Assembly (NCBI RefSeq): GCF_964355755.1
Contig: NC_092680.1
Coordinates: 7,316,001 to 7,380,000, forward strand
Reading direction: 5' to 3'
DNA length: 64,000 nucleotides
Source: Antedon mediterranea
Taxonomy: Eukaryota > Animalia > Echinodermata
The position numbers and the translations under genes were made by a program. This document shows, in pieces, positions 56,201 through 64,000 of this stretch. Each line of letters begins with the position of its first letter. The stretch's first letter is position 1. Under the pieces are notes generated by a model that was given only the letters and a program-made list of their open reading frames with translations, did no database searches and had not been told where the DNA came from.

Positions 56201-59200
56201 AAACTATTAAATATCGGTGGCAATTATTAAAGTTTAGCGTTACTAAATTCTTGACTTCCTTTGTAAATTGTTGTTTTTGACAATGCGTATAAACCGTTGT
56301 TTGTCATACTGTACTTTAATGCCCAGTTGGTTTATGCAAAAGTCGTGGTTCTATGCACATTTTTCTTCCCTGGGGCCGTGCACATTGTTCTTACCTGTGA
56401 CCGTGAACATTGTTCTTCCCTGGGGCCGTGCACATTGTTCTTCACTGGGGCCGTGCACATTGTTCTCACCTGGGGCCGTGAACATTGTTCTTACCTGGGG
56501 CCGTGCACATTGTTCTTCCCTGGGGCCGCGCACATTATTCTTACCTGGGGCCGTGCACATTGTTCTTACCTGGGGCCGTGCACATTGTTCTTACCTGGGG
56601 CCGTGCACATTGTTCTTCCCTGGGGCCGTGCACATTGTTCTTCCCTGGGGCCGTGCACATTGTTCTTACCTGGGGCCGTGCACATTGTTCTTACCTGGGG
56701 CCGTGCACATTTTTCTTCCCTGGGGCCGTGCACATTGTTCTTCCCTGGGGCCGTGCACATTGTTCTTACCTGGGGCCGTGCACATTGTTCTTACCTGGGA
56801 CCGTGAACATTGTTCTTCCCTGGGGCCGTGCACATTGTTCTTCCCTGGGGCCGTGCACATTGTTCTTACCTGGGGCCGTGCACATTGTTCTTCCCTGGGG
56901 GCCGTGCACATTTTTCTTCCCTGGGGCCGTGCACATTTTTCTTCCCTGGGGCCGTGCACATTGTTCTTACCTGGGGCCGTGCACATTGTTCTTACCTGGG
57001 GCCGTGCACATTTTTCTTCCCTGGGGCCGTGCACATTGTTCTTACCTGGGGCCGTGCACATTGTTCTTACCTGGGGCCATGCACATTTTTCTTACCTGGG
57101 GCCGTGCACATTGTTCTTACCTGGGGCCGTGCACATTGTTCTTACCTGGGGCCGTGCACATTGTTCTTACCTGGGGCCGTGCACATTGTTCTTACCTGGG
57201 GCCGTGCACATTGTTTTTACCTGGGGCCGTGCACATTGTTCTTCCCTGTGGCCGTGCACATTGTTCTTTCCCCGGGTTGTGCACATTGTTCTTTCCTCGG
57301 GTTGTGCACATTGTTATTCCCTGGGGCCGTGGGCATTGTTCTTCCCTGGGACGGTGCACATTGTTCTTTAACTTCCCAGGCTACTGGCTCTGTAGTCTGT
57401 CTTTTTCTTTTTTTACAGTAATTGGCAGCCTAGTAGTAGTAGATTACACACTGTTATTTGCTCATAAGCATAGCTATTTGATCAAACCAGTCTTCAGACA
57501 CGAGAGTCTTCTATTTCATAAGAAATTCATAATGACATTTTACCAATGTATATAATGCTTTTGGGTGATATTACCAAAGATTAACAATATCATATTGATG
57601 TTTGTGTCGCCCACACAGTGCCGGACAATTCTTCAAAGGTTGTCATTATAAAGGTTACTCTGCTAGACCATTCTGTTTCTTTTGTACACTTTACAAGATA
57701 ATTAAAAGTTGATAAAATAGTCTGAATATGATATAAACCATTTATTAATGTTTTGGGGACATTTATTAATGTTTTAGGGGAAATTTAATCTTTTAACAAG
57801 GATTGAATTTGTGTATGCAATAAAGTTGTAAGAAAATATTGGTTTATTATTCTTTATTTTCTTATGTAGTAAAACACCACATTTAGTAACTTTAGACAAT
57901 TGTACCTACCTGGTATATACATACAGGATATTTTGTTGATATTAACAGTGTTTTTAAACAGATATTTAAAACACATGTGTGCATTCATAAAAATGTATCT
58001 AAAACTAATACAGTACTCATCTTTAGCTAGTTCATCATTCATTTTAATTGTCCATCCTTGTACAGTAGCTAACTGGTATCATCTCATTCATTGATAACCA
58101 ATTTACATATGGCTTTATGTTGATTTTATGTGTTTTTTTCAAATAATTTATTGGTTTATATAATTATATTTTCATTTTAAATAAATATTCTTGTTGATAT
58201 ATACAGTAACAGTGCATTTTTTTTCTAGGTCCATCTCTGTGACAACGTAGTCTATTAATCCCTTTAATCTAAACCCTGAAAATTACTTTCCTCATATTTC
58301 AGTGATAAATTTCTATCTTTGCAATTGTAATACTGTCACTCAATAGTAAACTGCTAATTATTTTATGCAACATTAGTGTTAAAAAATGGTTAAAAAAAAA
58401 ATCTATTAAAGCCCTCTCTCAAGGTAAGAAACTCAAAAACGACAAAAAAATGTGGAAAATAGGTGGGCTTATATATATGACTAAATTTGGTATAGAATTA
58501 AATAGCTAATCTTTTATTTAAGATTTTTTGATGAGTACAGTTAAATTTAATTAATTTATATTTTGCTGGTAAATATAGTACAATCAAAATGACGATTAAA
58601 TACTGTGTTAGCTTTCAGAACTGGCATTTTTTAATAGCACTACAATTTGAATTCAAAGTAAAAATCAATAAAATAAAATTGCAAGTGCTTAGTGCCTTGT
58701 TTTATCCACTGATATTAATAAAATAAAAATTAATATGCTATGCTTGAATGATAAGACATTACCCATTCATCATTATATATATTATTTATGAGAATATTGT
58801 AGAATTACATTTTTATAGTTAGCCTTGGGCTAGAATTGAATTTGATTTTAGTTTACAGAATGTACAGTATCAACTAATTTATTCATCAATTCATATGAAT
58901 TATAATGTGTTTTGAATTTAAATTGTATTCAATTTGGAATTACTGAGTCAAATTTTTATACTATAGAATTATTGTAACGAAAATATTGCTGGTCCTTACT
59001 ATAGCCTTGTTTGAAGTTTTCTATAAAATTAAAAAAATTGTTAACCAAAAAAAAAGGTTTGCATACGGTACTGTAGGGAATTAAAACTTAGTAAAGTAAT
59101 GAGTGAGTGTGTGGCCAAGCGATTAAGACAGTGGAACTATAATACCTTGCCATATTAAAATCGGCAAGGGTTCGAGTCTCACTCGCTCCATGGTTATGAT

Positions 59201-62200
59201 GGTAGAACAAGTCTTCTTGGATAAGGAATATAAACTGTAGGTCCAGTGTACACATCTGGCTCATGTGCACTTTAAAGAACCTAGTAGTACATCTTTCGAG
59301 AGGAGTAGGAGGTTACATACAGCCACTGTCACATCATGAAGGCCCCTTGATTAGCATACAGTGTTTAGGGTTACTCTCTATAAATAAGGTTGAATAAATA
59401 AAAATGATACAAGATTTGTTTTTAAAAAGGTAAATTTGAGATTGTCATTTTGAGCTGGGTTGTTATCCTACAACCGTCTTGTGCAGTAAATCATACATGT
59501 CAAAACTGTACAGTTTACATGCTGCCTTAAAAAGAATGGGAGTATGAGTAAATGTGTTTGTTTTTAGTTTCCAATATGAATCTGAAAAACATTTTTCCAC
59601 TTTGGGTCTGCCATACCTACTGTACAATACTGATCACTGCCAATTAATTAAGTAATCAATCATGGTAGTGTATTTCAGCTGAAGTGAATCTTTTTCAACA
59701 TCAAAACAGTCAAAGTACAGTAATGCTACTTTTAAAACTTATCTCAATTAACACTTTGACTGCCAGAGGTTTTTCCAGTTAGAAACTGCCACCGCCAGCG
59801 TTTTTAACCCAATTCGATGTTTTTATTAAAGCTGATTGAAACTATGTATGTGATCTGATTTATATGTAATTTATACAAAAATAATCATGAAGAATTTAGC
59901 TTTACAATGGTACCAAGAACGATTTTCAAATCGCAATATGTAAATCATAATAGTAAAATAAAAGTAACCCACTTTTTGAGTTTTTCGTACTTTCGCGCAA
60001 GAAAGTCGAGATATTCCCAATTTTGTGCAAGGCATCACAATATGAAAATATCGCCTGGTGAGATCAACATTTAAATAACAAAAAAGTTACTTACATAGGC
60101 CTATAAAACAAATTATCACTATTGAAAAATGTATTATATTTTATAAATCATAAATCTTACATCAATGTTTCGCCAAAATCCACATAGTAAAGACACCAGG
60201 CCTAGTTAACCAGGCCTAAAGCTGGTCCGGAACCGTTTTACGACTAGGCCTAGGCTAGCCTAGTACTACTAGCCTAGCTAGTAAACTGATGATAATATCC
60301 ATACCATTTCTAAACAAGTTTGTTGCGTGAAACTCGGTCACTTACAGTGAAACACCAAAACAATTAGGGTATACATACAATAATAAAATTAAAAACTTCA
60401 TATTGAAAATGACTCCTTTATTTTTGATTCAGATAACAAACAAACATGCCAATCCACAAAAACCTTTGTAATGCTTCGGCGGCATAGCTAGCGCGCGACC
60501 TATACACAATGTGCCAAGCCATTGCTCTACGCGCTACTGTGATGCGCAGTGTATGTTATTTCGAAAGGTACCATTTTGACAGTCGTTCGTAACCAGATTA
60601 GTTACTTTCAATATAGTGTCCATATTTATAGTATATATCAATAATTAACCTATCTACCGGAATTCGTAAAAAAACGTGAAACACGAAGATCTTTGTGTTT
60701 GGCAGTCAAGCGTTGTGTTTCCAAACACGAAGATCTTCATGTTTGGCAGTCAAAGTGTTAAGAATTATGTTCCCAAAAATTACAAAAGAATCTGGAATTG
60801 ATAAATGATACCTCTCATACTAAGAGGCACTCTCTGTACATGTATGACATCTACCTATTCCAATAACGGAACATATTTTGAAGCCCCAATGGTTCTGCCT
60901 ACCCTCCTGCTAATGATATCATTATCTCTAACAATAACAACAACAATAAATAGTAATTTGTTTTTATAGCTCTGAGTACAACTTACTATTGTTATTTTTG
61001 TAGTTATTATACATCTTCACTCTTATTGATAAAGTGCTTTTCATTTTGTATTTTTCAGGTAATGCCTCGTCATGACGAGATGCATACGCAATCAATTGGT
61101 CGTAACGCAGGTCTTGTATGCCGGCGAGTGTACCATAAAAAGCACATATCCTTTACTTAATTTAATACACTAACATACTGATTTCAATTTAATTTTCATT
61201 ATAAATATACTTTATACTAGTAGTACATTGTACCTGTCTTTGACTGGTGGTTGGGAATAAAATAAACAGAGAGAAGTTTCATTATAACACTGTACCTTTA
61301 TTGAAGGACATCACTTTTTGTTGCTAAACTATATAATTTTAAGACATTACGTTAGTGATGCTTGCTCATTTAAACTAACTTGTACTAAATATTTAATTAT
61401 CAATTGGAACAAATGATATTATACCATCCAAGAAACAAATATTAATATTTTCTTTTCTGATATAGAAATTTTGAATACAGTATGTACTGTATGAATCAAT
61501 CAATGTGTTATGTATTATAATTTACAGCTTATTTTCCTTAGCGCTTAGCACATGGATAACACACCATATACACAGCACTACCTAACACCACCATCAGAAA
61601 CTGGATGGAGGAGGTAAGATATCAAAAATCTATTAACAAATATAATATGTATATGTTTTAGACTTAGTAAAGCCGCTATCATGGCTTAATGAGTTTTACC
61701 ACAGTCACAGTATAGTAAGGTCGGTGAAACCTAGTAACTGTCCTGCTTGATAAGTTTTCAAATATATATACAAAATAGTCGTGCCTAGCTTACCTGGATA
61801 AACTGACTCTCTAATGTCTTGAAAAGAAATGATGATGGTGGTTTGTGGAGAGGCTCCAGAACCAGTTCATGGACTATACCATTTGTAGAGAGGTGTGTTA
61901 AATGAAAATTTCTACTTTTCGAGTTATTTCTCGCTCTTCGAGGAGAAAGGACTATTGTCCGTTTATCCAGGTAAGCTAGCACTCATAGACTACCAACACC
62001 ACTGTTGGTTTGTGTAATATTTAGCATATTATATTTTATATTTATTTTATTAATTTATATTTCATGCAGAACACATTCAGATTCTTCATTGCATATAACA
62101 GCCATGGGTGGAGGAGATACTGGATCATATCCAGCGCCCCAGACAGCTCCGGTTCGATCTAGAGGTATGCCGATGTTTTCTGGTAAGATAATGTGATATT

Positions 62201-63685
62201 CCCGTCCCTCTGTGGAGTATCAGAATTTGTGTTTATTTTTCTTTTTTTACTGTAAACTTTGTGATCGTTTGTGTTGTAAAATATTATACAGTTAAATTAA
62301 CCTGAACCTCTTAGGAAGGGAGTTGTCATTATGTAATCACTGATACTTGTTCAGAAACAGCTAGGTCAAGATATTACTTCAGATATCATGAACCAAATTT
62401 ATGAATAAGGTACATGTTGTCCCGTTTACTTTCAAGGGTCTGTCAGACTAAGTAACAAGAGGACAATTGGAAGACCCACTCCCTCAAATCCGCTTCTCCA
62501 AAATAAACACAATACAGTTTTTTTACGACAACTTTTTAACAATTTTTCCCAACCTAACACAAAGTAAAGCACAGATGCTACTGTTTTGTACTGAAATATA
62601 ATATTGTAAAATTATACAAAAAAAACTGCTAATAAGAATTAGTATGAAAGGCACATACGGATACATACATGGTTCATTGGTTATTCAACCATTTCTTATT
62701 TTAAACCCATAACACCATTAACAATGAAACCATAAGCAAATCTAAAAATATATTCAAATGTTATGTCACTTTACTAAAGTATTTATCACTCCATTATTTT
62801 AGAACATTTTATTTTACAACATTTTATTTAGAAAGTGTAATTACCTACTAAAACAAATATGAAAATATAATATTTCAAATAAATAGTAGAAAGAAGGACA
62901 CTCCAGCAAGGATATTCCTGTAGAATCCCAAAATAATTGGTGATTCGTTTAATATTATTTGTATTTTTGTAAATTCAACAATGTTTACTTTGTTTCAAAT
63001 AGGAAATTTAATTTTGTTGTTTGAAAGTTTACATGGTGAATAAACCCTTCTAAAGCCATGTTACACTTTGTGTTTTTAAAAGAAATAAATTAAGTTGAGA
63101 TTTTCATGAGTAAAACCAAAATGTTGATACGCAAACCTGGCTAATTTATAATGTAAAGCTCTGTCTACACTATTAAATAAACTAGTTTGACATAAAATTG
63201 TTATGTGCCCAATATGGTAGTGATATGCCCAATTATGGTAGTGATATGTATGGTCACATTTGATATTGTAGACAGAGCTTTAAATGACCCAATCCTTTCA
63301 CAGTTTATTAATGCGACACCTAAAGTCTGAAACATTACCATTCATAATAACAATATTAATCTTCAGTTTACTTTTAAATGTCACCATGAGTATGAAATCA
63401 ATATTTTTACACTACTGGTGTTAACACTTAGATTTTCTTGCATAAGCTGAGGTTTCTTTTCAATTGTAAAGGTGTTTATTGTAGTTTTTTGTGGTTTTTT
63501 TTTTCCATATTTCTTTCCATTGTCAAACGTACAATATGTATTTATTTATCCAAAGTGTATTTTTTGTTTGTTCTACAATTTTGATAATAGGAATAATAAT
63601 TATTCTATTACATTTGTTTTTTCCAGATTTTGATCAGGGTATGATGGACGGAGATTGTAAATCTGGTCCTTGGGATGCAAAAAAG
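41182..63685 (+). CDS. CRTC: CREB-regulated transcription coactivator, 5' part; exons 41182-41295, 41478-41588, 49049-49090, 61059-61145, 61552-61613, 62070-62164 (or 62182), 63627-63685; continues beyond window
   Basis: TORC_N motif [22 protein letters not shown]; GGSLPNV; PY...YLTPP...[11 protein letters not shown] (SIK/AMPK, 14-3-3 site); WDAKK. Confidence 0.95.
41478..41588 (+). CDS. CRTC: CRTC exon 2 (GGSLPNV)
   Basis: Conserved motif; cag|gtgagt donor. Confidence 0.93.
43609..43768. mobile_element. Harbinger-like MITE family A
   Basis: TIRs and internal motif. Confidence 0.8.
44270..44590. repeat. 78-bp tandem repeat, ~4 copies
   Basis: tttacctgaactacagtaatatagtgctttgtactgtatagaggcagggaactagtttattaactgaacagtgtagta. 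Confidence 0.93.
45312..45484. mobile_element. Unclassified TIR element (tagtc...gcttacctggat / atccaggtaagc...gacta)
   Basis: Inverted termini shared with 61776-61992, 44643-44672 and 14125-14154. Confidence 0.7.
47307..47540. mobile_element. Harbinger-like MITE family A with expanded internal repeat
   Basis: Right TIR intact; several gtagtgatatg units. Confidence 0.8.
47690..47825. mobile_element. Harbinger-like MITE family A
   Basis: Right TIR intact, left degenerate. Confidence 0.75.
48095..48250 (+). mobile_element. tRNA-derived SINE (Meta-domain-like)
   Basis: A box tagtcgaatgg, B box ggttcaattcc, then actcagctgtaaatagagtac. Confidence 0.6.
49049..49090 (+). CDS. CRTC: CRTC exon 3, 42 nt ([14 protein letters not shown])
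   Basis: Pyrimidine tract+tag, gag|gtaagt donor, phase 0-0; RRHG resembles vertebrate RHHG. Confidence 0.7.
51860..53151 (+). mobile_element. Non-autonomous pogo/Tigger-like DNA transposon, 1.3 kb
   Basis: TA on both sides; TIR cagtcaactctcccaatactggac / gtccggtattgggacagttgactg; subterminal aaaaccgga repeats. Confidence 0.88.
54790..55625. mobile_element. Non-autonomous Tc1/mariner (pogo/Tc2-like) element, 836 bp
   Basis: TA on both sides; TIR ccgtatatttcggtgtataagtcgcac / gtgcgacttatacaccaaaatatacgg; repeated tgtataagWcgcacc sites. Confidence 0.9.
56354..57368. repeat. GC-rich minisatellite, 25-bp unit, ~40 copies
   Basis: tggggccgtgcacattgttctt(a/c)cc; explains overlapping repetitive ORFs 56268-57555. 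Confidence 0.97.
59100..59402 (+). mobile_element. tRNA-derived SINE with Deu/Nin-like domain
   Basis: A box tggccaagcga, B box ggttcgagtct, body matches 32989 copy, A-rich tail. Confidence 0.82.
59752..60757. mobile_element. Non-autonomous piggyBac-like element, ~1.0 kb
   Basis: TTAA on both sides; TIR cactttgactgcca / tggcagtcaaagtg; duplicated subterminal repeat at right end. Confidence 0.85.
61059..61145 (+). CDS. CRTC: CRTC exon 4 (VMPRHDEM...VYHKKH)
   Basis: tttcag acceptor, open frame of 29 codons ending at U12 donor ATATCCTT. Confidence 0.82.
61146..61551 (+). other. U12-type AT-AC intron
   Basis: 5' ATATCCTTT, branch site TTCCTTAGC at 61534-61542, terminal CAC; joins exons in frame. 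Confidence 0.88.
61552..61613 (+). CDS. CRTC: CRTC exon 5 ([21 protein letters not shown])
   Basis: Matches the vertebrate D..PY...YLSPP....WRR motif. Confidence 0.92.
61776..61992. mobile_element. Unclassified TIR element (same family as 45312)
   Basis: gtgcctagcttacctggataaac / gtttatccaggtaagctagcac inverted termini. Confidence 0.75.
62070..62164 (+). CDS. CRTC: CRTC exon 6 (THSDSSLH...; alternative end 62182)
   Basis: Conserved regulatory serine motif RTxSDSxLH. Confidence 0.92.
63157..63279. mobile_element. Harbinger-like MITE family A
   Basis: TIRs and two internal units. Confidence 0.8.
63627..63685 (+). CDS. CRTC: CRTC exon 7 (DFDQGMMD...PWDAKK)
   Basis: ttccag acceptor, aag|gtaggt donor, phase fits; WDxKK as in vertebrate CRTCs. 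Confidence 0.85.
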
Positions 63686-64000
63686 GTAGGTCCTTTTAGT
63701 TTTGTTATTTGAATTTCTATGAACATATCCTTTGAAAATCTATGAAAATGTTTTCTTGTAATACATAAAGCAGAGTAAGTGTAAGCCTCTCAATTTCAAT
63801 TGGAACACAACCATTTGAGATTGTGAGTAAACTATGGAATTGAGATTTATTAGTTACAGGAAAAGTATACCTTGCAGTCTAGTATACAGTAGTTGTATGA
63901 TTACATCCCACCTGTTATTTTTCAAATGTTGACTTACATAATACATTACACTGGGTACACCTCATTAAGTTTGACAAATATGATAACATTGATTCAACGT

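Noticed and set aside
56268-57555. Long overlapping ORFs of 170-367 aa, and G-quadruplex potential
   Set aside because: A stop-free 25-bp repeat opens all frames; G runs are separated by 21-nt loops, too long for a typical G4

Overview
AT-rich animal genomic DNA, probably an invertebrate deuterostome given the Deu-domain-like SINEs and vertebrate-like exon structure. It carries three intron-rich genes: the last five coding exons of Homer (+, coiled-coil half, stop at 23971), a complete 15-coding-exon USP3 deubiquitinase (-, 39065->31630), and the first seven coding exons of CRTC/TORC (+, from 41182, running off the window). USP3 and CRTC are head-to-head; Homer and USP3 are tail-to-tail. A homogeneous ~11.9-kb array of ~216 x 55-bp units lies in the inferred Homer intron upstream of the coiled-coil exons, and nearly every unit carries a sense-strand AATAAA and TGTA. 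CRTC contains an AT-AC (U12) intron and a 25-bp minisatellite rich in anti-5'-splice-site motifs. Introns hold many non-autonomous DNA transposons (Harbinger-, Kolobok-, pogo/Tigger-, piggyBac-like), SINEs and LINE 3' ends. No CRISPR, rRNA or intact tRNA is supportable, and most ORF-track entries are spurious. All calls were made by eye without database searches.
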